From contig JBEAPR010000067.1 in NCBI GenBank assembly GCA_041164265.1, positions 425 through 64,424 of the forward strand: a stretch of DNA of 64,000 nt. The letters are read 5' to 3'. Both the position numbers and the translations under genes were made by a program. Origin of the DNA: Bacteroidota bacterium. GTDB lineage: Bacteria; Bacteroidota; Bacteroidia; Chitinophagales; Saprospiraceae. Each line of letters begins with the position of its first letter. The stretch's first letter is position 1. Under the pieces are notes generated by a model. That model was given only the letters and a program-made list of their open reading frames with translations. It had not been told where the DNA came from and did not search any database. This document shows positions 9,563 through 19,274 of the stretch, piece by piece.

Positions 9563-11998
9563 ATGCAACTTAGGGTTCAAATGGCCTTGGGGTTATATTT
9601 TATTTGGGCAAATTGCACGGGTCAATCCATTACCATATTGGATTCTATTTCTCAGAAGCAGTTGGAATACGTATATATTTCTTTACCAAAGGACAATTGG
9701 CAAGCTATTTCAAACGACCGAGGTCAATTTGATTTACCACAGAAGTATTGGACTCCTTCAGATACACTGTATTTGGAAATGTTGAATTATAAACCTAAAG
9801 TAATCACCCACGGATATTTAGTCAGCAATGATTTCGTGGTGTATATGCAGCCTGAATATAACCAGTTAAAAGAAGTAGTTGTTACGGCGTCCAGATGGTC
9901 CAATAATAAAAATGAAATTCCGTTTTCTTTCGCTGTATTAGACCAAAGGTTTTCAGAAATCGTACAGCCTCAAACTACAGCTGATTTATTAGAAAAAAGT
10001 GGTCAGGTCTTCGTTCAAAAAAGTCAATTAGGTGGAGGAAGTCCAATGATTAGAGGATTCTCGGCCAATCGTATATTGCTTTTGGTGGATGGAGTACGAA
10101 TGAATTCTGCAATTTTCAGGAGTGGGAATTTGCACAATATCATTGTCGTTGACCCAAGGTCGGTGGATCAAACTGAAGTATATCTCGGTCCAGCATCTGT
10201 TGTGTTTGGCAGCGATGCTATTGGAGGGTCGATTAATTTTAAAACTTTGGAACCCAATTGGAATGAATCAGATTCTAATCAAACTGTATTCCAAGTGGGG
10301 ACCAATATCGGCTCAGCTAATAACGAACGGACTATTCAAACCTCAGGAAAATGGAGTAACCGCCGGTGGGGTTGGGTTGGAAATTTCTCTTTCAGCCAAT
10401 TTGGTGATTTAATTATGGGGAAATACGGAGGCTTTAATAGTTATTTGAGAAAGGATTATCTGAAAGTATCAAATCCTCCTTTATTAAATGATCAATTAGT
10501 AACTAATCATCATCCAAGAAAACAAATTTCCACTGGATATGACCAGTGGAATATTTTACAAAAAATATATTACAGACCCCATCCTAATCTATCGTTTAGC
10601 CTGGCTTTTCATCGTTCTGAATCTTCCAATATCCCTAGATATGATCGGTTATTAGTGAGGGACTCAGACAGTCAGTTAAGGTCTGCAGAATGGTACTATG
10701 GTCCTCAGATTTGGCAAATGATTCACTTCAAATCAGAGGCTCAATTAAATAGAAAATGGGCTGATGTGATGACTACTTCCTTAGCCTTTCAAAGGCAAAG
10801 GGAAAGTAGACACGATCGTAGCCGGAATAATCCTTTACGCTATCATAGAGATGAATGGGTTAATATGGTTAATCTTTCCTTGGATATAGAAAAGAGATGG
10901 AATAAGGGATTACTTCTTCAGTATGGTTTGGAAGGGGTTTTTAATAGAATTTATTCTTCAGGTAGGGCAGAGGATATTACCAATAATCAACGATACGCTA
11001 TCCATTCGAGATATCCTAATCATTCGAATTGGCAAAGTGCTGCTTGGTTCACTCAGCTAAAAAAATCTACTGAAAATTTTTCTGTTACTGCTGGAATTAG
11101 AGGCAATTATTCTGGTGCAAATGCAACTTTTGATTCTTCTTTTTTTGCATTCCCTTATGATAATTATATTTTTTCGGCAACTAATCTAAGTGGAGGAATA
11201 GGTTTAAATTATCGGCCTAATAGTGAAAACACCTGGGGCATTAATTGGTCTTCTGGATTCAGAGCACCCAATTTAGATGATATGGCAAAAGTTTTTGATT
11301 CTGAACCCGGAAATGTAATAGTCCCCAATCTTAATTTAAAGCCAGAAAAGGCAATTACTTTGGATTTCAACTATCAATTTGAAGCTACTTCCAAAAAGGC
11401 AGCAATTTCTTTTCATATATTTCATACACTTTTATCACAAGCATTAGTCAGAAGGGACTTTTCTTTTAACGGAATGGACAGTATCTTCTATGATGGTGTA
11501 AAAAGTAGGGTTCAAGCTATTGTAAATGCCACTTCAGCTAGGGTATCAGGTGTAGGTATGGATTGGAAAGTTTCCCTTTCTTCTTTTCTGAATTGGATGG
11601 GGAATATAAATTATCAAAAGGGATATGAAATAGAGGGAAATGAAAAATTGCCTTTAAGACATGCAGCCCCTCTATTTGGAATGACATCTTTTCAATTCAG
11701 AAAGAATAAAATTTCATCTCGATTGGCCTTCAGATATAATGGAAAGATCAAAAGTGATGCTATGCCGCTCTCAGAATTAAGCAAACCCCATTTATATCCA
11801 ATGGATGCTGATGGCCAGCTTTTTTCGCCAGCTTGGCTTGTAGTGGACTGGTATTTTGGATACCAAATTTCCCAAAAGATGAAGTTGAGAGGTGGAATTG
11901 AGAATATTTTAGACAGACAATACCGATCTTATTCAAGTGGTATTGTGGCACCTGGCCGTAATTTCTTTATTAATTTAACTTATCAAAGGGGAAACTAG
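9563..11998 (+). CDS. TonB-dependent receptor
   Basis: The ORF is open from 9467, but a signal-like MQLRVQMALGLYFIWANCTGQ starts at 9563. Plug blocks GGGSPMIRGFSANRILLLVDGVRMN and FGSDAIGGSINF. Long beta-barrel. Confidence 0.85.
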   Translation: MQLRVQMALGLYFIWANCTGQSITILDSISQKQLEYVYISLPKDNWQAISNDRGQFDLPQKYWTPSDTLYLEMLNYKPKVITHGYLVSNDFVVYMQPEYNQLKEVVVTASRWSNNKNEIPFSFAVLDQRFSEIVQPQTTADLLEKSGQVFVQKSQLGGGSPMIRGFSANRILLLVDGVRMNSAIFRSGNLHNIIVVDPRSVDQTEVYLGPASVVFGSDAIGGSINFKTLEPNWNESDSNQTVFQVGTNIGSANNERTIQTSGKWSNRRWGWVGNFSFSQFGDLIMGKYGGFNSYLRKDYLKVSNPPLLNDQLVTNHHPRKQISTGYDQWNILQKIYYRPHPNLSFSLAFHRSESSNIPRYDRLLVRDSDSQLRSAEWYYGPQIWQMIHFKSEAQLNRKWADVMTTSLAFQRQRESRHDRSRNNPLRYHRDEWVNMVNLSLDIEKRWNKGLLLQYGLEGVFNRIYSSGRAEDITNNQRYAIHSRYPNHSNWQSAAWFTQLKKSTENFSVTAGIRGNYSGANATFDSSFFAFPYDNYIFSATNLSGGIGLNYRPNSENTWGINWSSGFRAPNLDDMAKVFDSEPGNVIVPNLNLKPEKAITLDFNYQFEATSKKAAISFHIFHTLLSQALVRRDFSFNGMDSIFYDGVKSRVQAIVNATSARVSGVGMDWKVSLSSFLNWMGNINYQKGYEIEGNEKLPLRHAAPLFGMTSFQFRKNKISSRLAFRYNGKIKSDAMPLSELSKPHLYPMDADGQLFSPAWLVVDWYFGYQISQKMKLRGGIENILDRQYRSYSSGIVAPGRNFFINLTYQRGN

Positions 11999-12001
11999 AT
12001 T

Positions 12002-13729
12002 TTAAGGGGCCAATATTTTGTTCAGAATGACCTTTGTAATGTCGTAAGTTGGGCGTACGCCATCCACTCCCAAACTTCCCGAAGCCAAAGTATGGCCAGT
12101 TTGAAGAGGATTATCAGACGCGTAATAGGCATAGCATATTTTGACGTCCTGAGGAATACTTTTTCTAATTTTTGAAGCTGCTTGAATAGCCTTTTGATAA
12201 TGAGCTCCTTCCATTTCAAGACCAACCGCTTTCCACGAACTCTCCAGGAAATATTTTAATATATCCTTATTTTGAAGAGATGTTCCCAATACGGTTATCA
12301 TAGGACCACTATATACGCGATTGGCGGACCCTTCAAAATCTATTTCATTTAGTTCGTTTTTGAAAGGGTAATTATCCGCTGTTCCCTCAAAAATATGGGC
12401 ATTAGGTACCATAATATCTCCTTTAACTCCTTCTAGAATTCCAGCTTTCCCCATGATAGATATGGAGCTTACCTTCAAGGCTAAATCTCCTTCTTTTGTT
12501 TGTACTGGTTTGATTAATTCGTCCATAGTCTCATAAGCCTGTTCGCCGAAGGCATAGTCCATAACTATCAGAAGAGTGTTCTCCATAATCGAGTGATTGA
12601 GATGGATTTCCTTATTGGGTTGAACGACTTGACTTAAATCAAAAATTTGAACTGATATATTTGTACCAGAGGTATCATCTAATTCGTACATACCATTTTT
12701 GGTTGCAAGGCTTTTAATTTTAGATTGTAACGAACCGGTTTTATCTTTAATAATTTCTTCCGCTAGGGATACAATTCCTAACTTGGGATAATCCTTACCA
12801 ATAGCTGCTTGAGCATATAAGCAATTCATGACTGAGTGAGGATTGGCAGAAATAATATGAATATTCTTGGAAAACCAATTTTTAGCTAATAAAAACTGAT
12901 GTATATTTTTAGCCCACTGTTCTCCGTAATAATGATGACCAACCCTATCCCTGAGAGCTGCTGAGAACCATATTTCACGATCTTTTCCTTCTAATGCTTC
13001 TTCCGATGATAGTTTACCTAAATAGTAAACTATAGTAAATAAATCATTTATTTCTCTGTCTGATTCAAATTTTTGAGCGGCAAATTTAGTTTCCTCAAAC
13101 GTTCGTCCAATTAAAGAACTTAAATAAGTAAGATCTATTTCTTTATTCCTTTCAGTTTGGTCTCCCTCTTGCACTCTCTTTTCAAGATTTATCCATTCTC
13201 GAGTTTTTCTCCCTTTGTGATCTTCGCTGTTGTTTCTAATTTTTTCTGCTTCAATATAAAGGTAAGTAAGGTGGGTAAGCACATCGTAAATGTCGCTGCG
13301 TCCTCGAGTCATTTCAATATACATTTGCTCTTCATCGACTCGATAGCACTTTCTCCTTCTTTTGGGTGGAATAATGGGCTTGAATTCAGTTTGTTCTAAA
13401 CCTTCTCGTGAAATTAATTTGATAAATCTGCAGGATTCTATTCCTTTAGGCAATCGCTGCATGACATATAATAGACCATCCAATTCAATTTTTTCTGGAT
13501 CAGATAGGCTCCCGTAGATTTCCGGTTGAAGGGTTTTAAGTGCTTCTACCATAGCTTCACCAGATATTCCTAATGGCTTGTAGCTACCTCTGATAAACAA
13601 GTGCCTCATTGCTATGTAGAGGCGCTCTATTGCGGATCTCGATATCTGTGCTTGAGTCCTATTGGGGAGTCCATGAATCGACATAAATATTATTTCGTAC
13701 AAAGATAGGGATAACCTCGAATAGGTCAC
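12002..13729 (-). CDS. Uncharacterised 575-aa protein; the C-terminal ~220 aa resemble the PNP/UDP nucleoside-phosphorylase fold (AMP-nucleosidase-like architecture)
   Basis: C-terminal blocks ISIMGKAGIL, DIMVPNAHIFEG and AVGLEMEGAHYQKAI resemble the G-x-x-G strand and the EME(A/S) block of DeoD/MtnN/Amn enzymes. I do not recognise the N-terminal ~350 aa. 12 nt downstream of feoB. Confidence 0.45.
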   Translation of the reverse strand: MTYSRLSLSLYEIIFMSIHGLPNRTQAQISRSAIERLYIAMRHLFIRGSYKPLGISGEAMVEALKTLQPEIYGSLSDPEKIELDGLLYVMQRLPKGIESCRFIKLISREGLEQTEFKPIIPPKRRRKCYRVDEEQMYIEMTRGRSDIYDVLTHLTYLYIEAEKIRNNSEDHKGRKTREWINLEKRVQEGDQTERNKEIDLTYLSSLIGRTFEETKFAAQKFESDREINDLFTIVYYLGKLSSEEALEGKDREIWFSAALRDRVGHHYYGEQWAKNIHQFLLAKNWFSKNIHIISANPHSVMNCLYAQAAIGKDYPKLGIVSLAEEIIKDKTGSLQSKIKSLATKNGMYELDDTSGTNISVQIFDLSQVVQPNKEIHLNHSIMENTLLIVMDYAFGEQAYETMDELIKPVQTKEGDLALKVSSISIMGKAGILEGVKGDIMVPNAHIFEGTADNYPFKNELNEIDFEGSANRVYSGPMITVLGTSLQNKDILKYFLESSWKAVGLEMEGAHYQKAIQAASKIRKSIPQDVKICYAYYASDNPLQTGHTLASGSLGVDGVRPTYDITKVILNKILAP

Positions 13730-13741
13730 CTAGAGGACTTG

Positions 13742-15871
13742 CTAAGAAAATAGGTGGTAGGTCAAAAGGCTTCCCAGTACTGCCAGTGCGGTCATGAAAA
13801 TAAATTGAATGATGGGCCATTTCCAGGAGTTGGTTTCTCGCTTGACTACCGCCAATGTACTCATACATTGCATAGCAAATACGTAAAATATAAGGAGAGA
13901 AAGAGAGGTGGCTATGCTATAAACTCGTTCCCCGGTGACGGGGTTTTTCTCTTTAATCATTCGTTCACTCAATCCTCCTGTATCTTCAGCGGAGCCCAAA
14001 CTATAAATCGTAGCCATGGTTCCTACAAATACTTCTCTTGCTGCAAATGAGGTAATCAGAGCGATTCCTATTTTCCAATCAAACCCTAATGGTTGAATAA
14101 CAGGCTCAATAGTTTTACCCAAAATTCCTGCATAAGAAGCTTCGATTTGATATGCAGCTATTAGATTTTCTTCTTCATTTTGATTAAAGTTTTTTTCTTT
14201 TGCAATAGAAATAGCCTCTTGTTCAGCTTTTTGTAAAGCATCTCCCGGTCCATAGGTAGATAATCCCCAGAGAATAACAGAAATGATTAAGATGATTTTA
14301 CCAGCTTCCAAGGAGAAGGACTTTACCTTATCATATACATTGAGATATAAATTCCTGAATACTGGTTTTTTATAATCGGGAAGTTCAAGCATTAAATAAC
14401 TTTCTTCATCCGTCTTCAAAATCCATTTTAGCAATAACGCAGTTGTTAGAGCGGCAAAAATACCTAATATATAGAGTCCCATAAATGCAATTCCTTGTAA
14501 ATTGAAGGGTCCAATTTGAGTGGATGGAATAGCAAAACCAATAAGTAAAGTATAAACGGGAATCCTGGCAGAACAACTAATTAAAGGGGTTACTAAAATA
14601 GTAACTAAACGCTCTTTCCATCCAGCTATAGTTCGAGCACTCATTATAGCAGGTATGGCACAAGCAGCTCCCGATATTAAGGCTACCAAACTTCTTCCAT
14701 TAAGGCCAAAATATTGCATTATTTTATCAAAAATGAAGGCTGCTCTAGCCATATAGCCTATTTCCTCCAAAATGGAAATTAAAAAGAAAAGAATGGCTAT
14801 TTGAGGTATGAAAACCAAAATACCCCCTAGGCCAGGGATAATTCCATCAGTTATTAAGTCTACTACCTTATTGGCAGGGAGATTGGTTTTTAATAAATTA
14901 CTTGTTTCAGTAAATAAATATTCAATCCCATCCATAGGATAAGATGCAAGAGCAAAAATGGCTTGAAAAACTAAAAACATAATTCCCAAAAAGAAAATAG
15001 GCCCTAGATATTTATTCAAAACAATTCGATCAATTAGTTGGGATCTTTTTTCAGATAGAGATATTGCTTTTTTGATATTTTGGGCAACTATTGGGGTAAA
15101 CCAATCATAGCGCGCCATAGTCTCTTTTACTTGAAATGGGAGAGGTTCAAATCCTATTTTGTTGGTTATTTCCTCGATCTCTTTAGAATTATTGGAACTT
15201 TTATCATAAAACCAAGAAGAGTGATGCGCCAATAAAAGAGCTCTATAAATACCTGGTTCTTTCAATTCCAGTTGAATTCTGGAAGCCACCTGGAGTTCTA
15301 TTGAGGATAATTTATAATCGGGAATGGGTGCCGCAAAAAAGGATAATTCTTTAATTATATTTTCAAGCCCTTCTTTTAACTCAGCCACTCCTAATCCAGT
15401 TCTGCTGCTTATGGAAAAAATGGGAACTGCCAAACTTCTTGATAAACCATCAACATCAATCTTCATTCCTTCTTCTAAGGCCTGGTCAACTAAGTTTAAA
15501 ACTAGTAAAATGGGGATTCCCAAATCTTTTAGTTGGCTAAAGAGCAAAAGGTGTTTGTCTAACTTATTTACGTCAGCAACATATACGACTACATCTGGGT
15601 AATTGGCAGCATGAGTATCCAAAAAGGTGCTAATGACAACTCTTTCGTCTTTAGTATTGGGGTATAGGCTGTAGGCTCCTGGAAGATCTAAAAGATTGAT
15701 TTTTACCTGTTGATTATTGGTCCAACTTCCTATTTTAAGCTCAACAGTAGTTCCGGGGAAATTTCCAGTCTTTTGATTAAGACCAGTCAATCGGTTAAAA
15801 AGGGTAGTCTTACCACAATTAGGATTACCTGCCAACGCTATATTAACCTGACTTCCTGTTTCTTTTGACAT
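13742..15871 (-). CDS. feoB: Ferrous iron transporter FeoB
   Basis: N-terminal G-domain GNPNCGKTTLFNRLTG, DLPGAYSL. Polytopic C-terminal permease with gate motifs. Confidence 0.95.
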   Translation of the reverse strand: MSKETGSQVNIALAGNPNCGKTTLFNRLTGLNQKTGNFPGTTVELKIGSWTNNQQVKINLLDLPGAYSLYPNTKDERVVISTFLDTHAANYPDVVVYVADVNKLDKHLLLFSQLKDLGIPILLVLNLVDQALEEGMKIDVDGLSRSLAVPIFSISSRTGLGVAELKEGLENIIKELSFFAAPIPDYKLSSIELQVASRIQLELKEPGIYRALLLAHHSSWFYDKSSNNSKEIEEITNKIGFEPLPFQVKETMARYDWFTPIVAQNIKKAISLSEKRSQLIDRIVLNKYLGPIFFLGIMFLVFQAIFALASYPMDGIEYLFTETSNLLKTNLPANKVVDLITDGIIPGLGGILVFIPQIAILFFLISILEEIGYMARAAFIFDKIMQYFGLNGRSLVALISGAACAIPAIMSARTIAGWKERLVTILVTPLISCSARIPVYTLLIGFAIPSTQIGPFNLQGIAFMGLYILGIFAALTTALLLKWILKTDEESYLMLELPDYKKPVFRNLYLNVYDKVKSFSLEAGKIILIISVILWGLSTYGPGDALQKAEQEAISIAKEKNFNQNEEENLIAAYQIEASYAGILGKTIEPVIQPLGFDWKIGIALITSFAAREVFVGTMATIYSLGSAEDTGGLSERMIKEKNPVTGERVYSIATSLSLLIFYVFAMQCMSTLAVVKRETNSWKWPIIQFIFMTALAVLGSLLTYHLFS

Positions 15872-15877
15872 GGAGCT

Positions 15878-16192
15878 TTATAGTCTTATTAATAAGGCAG
15901 CTGCTTCCCTTTTTCTCAATGCAATAATTAGGTTATCTGCTTTAATAATTAGTCCACCACCCCAAGGCGCAGATCGCAAAACCTCAATTCTTGAACCCAA
16001 TAAAACTCCCATTGAAAGTAATTTTTGAGCAATTAGTGCATTGGTGTATTCTGCTAATACTCCTATTTCGCCCGGAGATATTAGCGAAAGGTTTTTAAGT
16101 GATTCAACAAGTCCTAACACAGCACTAGATTTACGATTTGCAATATTCAATGCATGCAAACTAACTGATGTACGGGAATTAAATACTGACAT
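15878..16192 (-). CDS. feoA: FeoA-family protein
   Basis: SH3-like FeoA block LLSMGVLLGSRIEVLRSAPWGGGLIIKADNLIIALRKREAAALLI. 6 nt upstream of feoB. Confidence 0.8.
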   Translation of the reverse strand: MSVFNSRTSVSLHALNIANRKSSAVLGLVESLKNLSLISPGEIGVLAEYTNALIAQKLLSMGVLLGSRIEVLRSAPWGGGLIIKADNLIIALRKREAAALLIRL

Positions 16193-16216
16193 AAATCATT
16201 AATCAATTAATTATGA

Positions 16217-16224
16217 CAAATTTA
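16217..16224 (-). promoter_or_regulatory. Candidate -7 promoter box for feoAB, followed by an AT-rich imperfect palindrome (16196-16216)
   Basis: Minus strand reads TAAATTTG (TAnnTTTG) 24 nt upstream of the feoA ATG, with a TTG 22 nt further upstream. TCATAATTAATTGATTAATGA lies between the box and the ATG. Confidence 0.4.
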
Positions 16225-16248
16225 CAAACTAAATCTTATTTAGACTCA

Positions 16249-16286
16249 ATAAAAATAAAAAGAGTTCCCCATAAAATGGAGAACTC
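16249..16286 (-). terminator. Rho-independent terminator after the proteorhodopsin gene
   Basis: Minus strand: GAGTTCTCC-ATTTTAT-GGGGAACTC hairpin (one mismatch) followed by TTTTTATTTTTATT. Confidence 0.7.
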
Positions 16287-16316
16287 CTCGATAATTGTTT
16301 AGCAGATTATAAAAAA

Positions 16317-17048
16317 TTAGTGATTAGACTTACTTACAGCTAAGGTGAAAATAACCAACCCAAAACCGATTTTATTCACTGCATCACCAATATTGTATAT
16401 AATGTCTAGTGATTCAACTGGAAGGGCACCATCTAACCATCCACCAGGGATAGTCATATACCCAATTGGATATATAGCCCATCCGGCAAAAACAAACCAG
16501 CCTAGGCTTTTGAATGCACCTTGTAAAACGGGGTCATCTGAGTTAGATGCCAAACTTTTAGCGGATCCAAACCATACCTCATAAAGGATACCTACATATC
16601 CTACAGTAGAAATGATTCCCCAAAGTACAGAGCTATCTCTGTAAACAGTTTCCCCTAAATAACCGGCAACCAACATGAGTAAAGAATACGCAATCATTTT
16701 CCATAATAACCCAACTTTTGCTCCAAAAGCCTTGAGTATTAAGTAAAATTCTACACACATGAGTGGAACAGTTAAGATCCAGTCAATGTAGCGGAATTCA
16801 GTAGGAGAACTACCGTTTTCTGCCCAAAAACTTCTCATGTAAAAATAGTGTACTGCTGCAATTCCTGTAATCAATCCAGAAACGAGCATAGAGTCTTTCC
16901 ACTTTCCTTCCACTCTGGTCATTTGAACAAAGAAGAAAACGGTTGCAGCCAACATGGCCATAGAACCGATAAAGAATGTGAAACCGACATAATCGCCGGA
17001 TTTTAGTGATGCCAATAACATTGGCTTTAGACTAGATAAAACATCCAT
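16317..17048 (-). CDS. Proteorhodopsin, light-driven proton pump, green-tuned
   Basis: Helix C RYIDWILTVPLMCVEF gives the D97/T101/E108 (DTE) motif with Met at tuning position 105. Helix G DAVNKIGFG carries the Schiff-base Lys. Seven hydrophobic segments. The listed ORF starts at a TTG (17054); the ATG at 17048 is more likely. Confidence 0.95.
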   Translation of the reverse strand: MDVLSSLKPMLLASLKSGDYVGFTFFIGSMAMLAATVFFFVQMTRVEGKWKDSMLVSGLITGIAAVHYFYMRSFWAENGSSPTEFRYIDWILTVPLMCVEFYLILKAFGAKVGLLWKMIAYSLLMLVAGYLGETVYRDSSVLWGIISTVGYVGILYEVWFGSAKSLASNSDDPVLQGAFKSLGWFVFAGWAIYPIGYMTIPGGWLDGALPVESLDIIYNIGDAVNKIGFGLVIFTLAVSKSNH

Positions 17049-17163
17049 GGTCAATAGTTTTTGTTAATAATATTATAAAACTGTGTGCTAAACAATGGTT
17101 ACTATTTTTGGTTTAATTTTTATTATCAGTTTTTTCTTAATTTCCATATTTTATTTTTTATAA

Positions 17164-18096
17164 TTAATAAGGTGCCGATTTATCTTTGTAGAGTTGGTGA
17201 ATTAACAACATATGTGGAAGTGTGACCACCCCAATAAATATAAATAGGTATTTTAATATAAAAACGTTATCAAAAGATCCCCCCCAATAGATTAACCCTA
17301 TGATCGCCACCAAAGCCAAAAAACTTAAACCAGCGGTATTTTTTATGTAATCTCTCCAATTGTAGTTGGGGCTATTGATTTGAAAAAATGATATTTGTTC
17401 TTGAATACTGGTTAGCGAATGCCATCCGGCAAAATAAAAAGCAAAGCCCAACCATAATGGGAGTTGATACAGTGCGAAACCAAGAATGATTAAATTGAGT
17501 AATTCGTTAAATAAACTTTTTCGATTTAGAATGCTAAAAAAATATAAACTCATTATGGTGGCAAGAGTCAATACAGTCACTGCAACGATAATTCCAACTC
17601 TTAAACTTTCGGAAATTTCCCATGCTAGATTGGAACTGATAGCCTCAATTACAGGTAACGCTGTTTCATAATGAGCCATAATGGGAATAATCAATACAAA
17701 TGTTCCCCAGATAATATAAGTAATCCATCCTATAGTACCGCCATCTGGAAAAACATATACCCAATTGGATTGACCAAAATGGAATAGAGAGATTCCAATA
17801 AAAATCAATAACCCAATGGAGGGAAAGCTGATCCAAATAATACCATAAAGGGCCATAATAGCTAAATAACTAAGGTAGAAATGAATAAGCTTTTTGGAAC
17901 CTAAATAAGACTGTTTTAGGTTTTTAAAAATTAGATAATCAGTAGCCCCATGTGGAATTCCTAAAAAAAGAATAGCTATAAGTCCTAACCCAAAAAAAGA
18001 ATGGTTCATCCAATTCGGAACGGCATAAAGACCCATTATTAGAAGTAGTCCAAGCCCTCTTAAAGTATAGTACAGATTTGGATATTTTTCTGTCAT
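17164..18096 (-). CDS. blh: Brp/Blh-family beta-carotene 15,15'-dioxygenase (retinal synthesis)
   Basis: Polytopic membrane protein with LGIPHGATDYLIF and conserved His in later helices (LFHFGQS, GWHSL, LPHMLL). ATGA overlap with crtY. Confidence 0.85.
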   Translation of the reverse strand: MTEKYPNLYYTLRGLGLLLIMGLYAVPNWMNHSFFGLGLIAILFLGIPHGATDYLIFKNLKQSYLGSKKLIHFYLSYLAIMALYGIIWISFPSIGLLIFIGISLFHFGQSNWVYVFPDGGTIGWITYIIWGTFVLIIPIMAHYETALPVIEAISSNLAWEISESLRVGIIVAVTVLTLATIMSLYFFSILNRKSLFNELLNLIILGFALYQLPLWLGFAFYFAGWHSLTSIQEQISFFQINSPNYNWRDYIKNTAGLSFLALVAIIGLIYWGGSFDNVFILKYLFIFIGVVTLPHMLLIHQLYKDKSAPY

Positions 18097-19274
18097 CTCA
18101 ATTCTGACTTAGGTTTAGAAATAATGGGAAAACTAGGATTCTTAAAATATACCGCTGTTAAAGCTTTTAAAAATCTTATTTTGGGAAGGGTCGAAAACAA
18201 TAATATTTCTTCCAATAGGTTAGAGCGCTCATCAAGAAATTTCAAAATGATTGGAAAGGAATTCTTTCTAAATAATGCACTAAAGATAGACGAACTTGCT
18301 TCCTTTTCAGTAGTCATTAAATACAAAAGGAGCTTATCGTAAAATCTAAATCTCTTATTATTATATACTTTTGTAAGTCTATTTTTTGTAGGAGATAGTT
18401 GATTTATCAAGAAATCGCACCTTCTTTGAATGTTTTTGAAGGCGTACCCCGTAGTAGGTTTTACTGCCCCTGCAATAGCTCCTAAATTAATAATCCTAGA
18501 GCCTACTTTTTCTTTAAAGGTTGCATCTTTCATTGGAATGACTCCATGTTCCTCTTCTACTATTTCATATTTTTTTAGATTCCAAATCTGCTCCAAATAT
18601 TGTTTAATTTGAGAATGGTATACCGTTTGATGAAAAGTATTTTCAGTAAAATAGGTGCACTCCACTAATGCCTCATTATCGGACGTAGGCAAAACATACA
18701 TGAATGAAGGACCTTCAATCTGAGGAATTCTAAAATCCATTAGGTATACCCCTTTTCCTTTAAATATTGGTTGAGCTGTTTGGATAAAATATCCTTTGAA
18801 ATGTTGGTGAAGAGAAAAAGTAGGTTTTTGTTTTTCAAATCCATAGAAACTATTGAAAACAGTTTGGGCTTCAAATTTTTGACCGTCTGCAACTATATAA
18901 CCACTATGATCGGTTTCCCCTATTTCACTAATCCATCCTTTTATCAATTTTACGTTTGGGAAATTTTTTAAACGATTTAGTATATGTTGATAGAAATCTA
19001 GGCTTCGAATCATGTGGTATCTGAAAGGATTAGCAAGACCGGAAATAACCCCTTCACGATCAGCAAAATGTATATGGTCCCAACTTTTAGAAACCAAGGA
19101 TGCATACCAAGGTGTGCCTTTTTCCCAAAAGCACCAAGTTTTATCATTTATCTGGTAATCTTGTTTATCCACTAATAAAATGTCCTTCTTAGATAAATTC
19201 TGATCACTCAGCAGTCTATCCAACATACTTAATCCTGCACACCCACCACCGGCAATAATAAAATCGTATTTCAC
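18093..19274 (-). CDS. crtY: Lycopene beta-cyclase CrtY
   Basis: FAD fingerprint YDFIIAGGGCAGLSM. Lycopene-cyclase-family length, in context with blh and PR. Confidence 0.85.
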   Translation of the reverse strand: MKYDFIIAGGGCAGLSMLDRLLSDQNLSKKDILLVDKQDYQINDKTWCFWEKGTPWYASLVSKSWDHIHFADREGVISGLANPFRYHMIRSLDFYQHILNRLKNFPNVKLIKGWISEIGETDHSGYIVADGQKFEAQTVFNSFYGFEKQKPTFSLHQHFKGYFIQTAQPIFKGKGVYLMDFRIPQIEGPSFMYVLPTSDNEALVECTYFTENTFHQTVYHSQIKQYLEQIWNLKKYEIVEEEHGVIPMKDATFKEKVGSRIINLGAIAGAVKPTTGYAFKNIQRRCDFLINQLSPTKNRLTKVYNNKRFRFYDKLLLYLMTTEKEASSSIFSALFRKNSFPIILKFLDERSNLLEEILLFSTLPKIRFLKALTAVYFKNPSFPIISKPKSELR

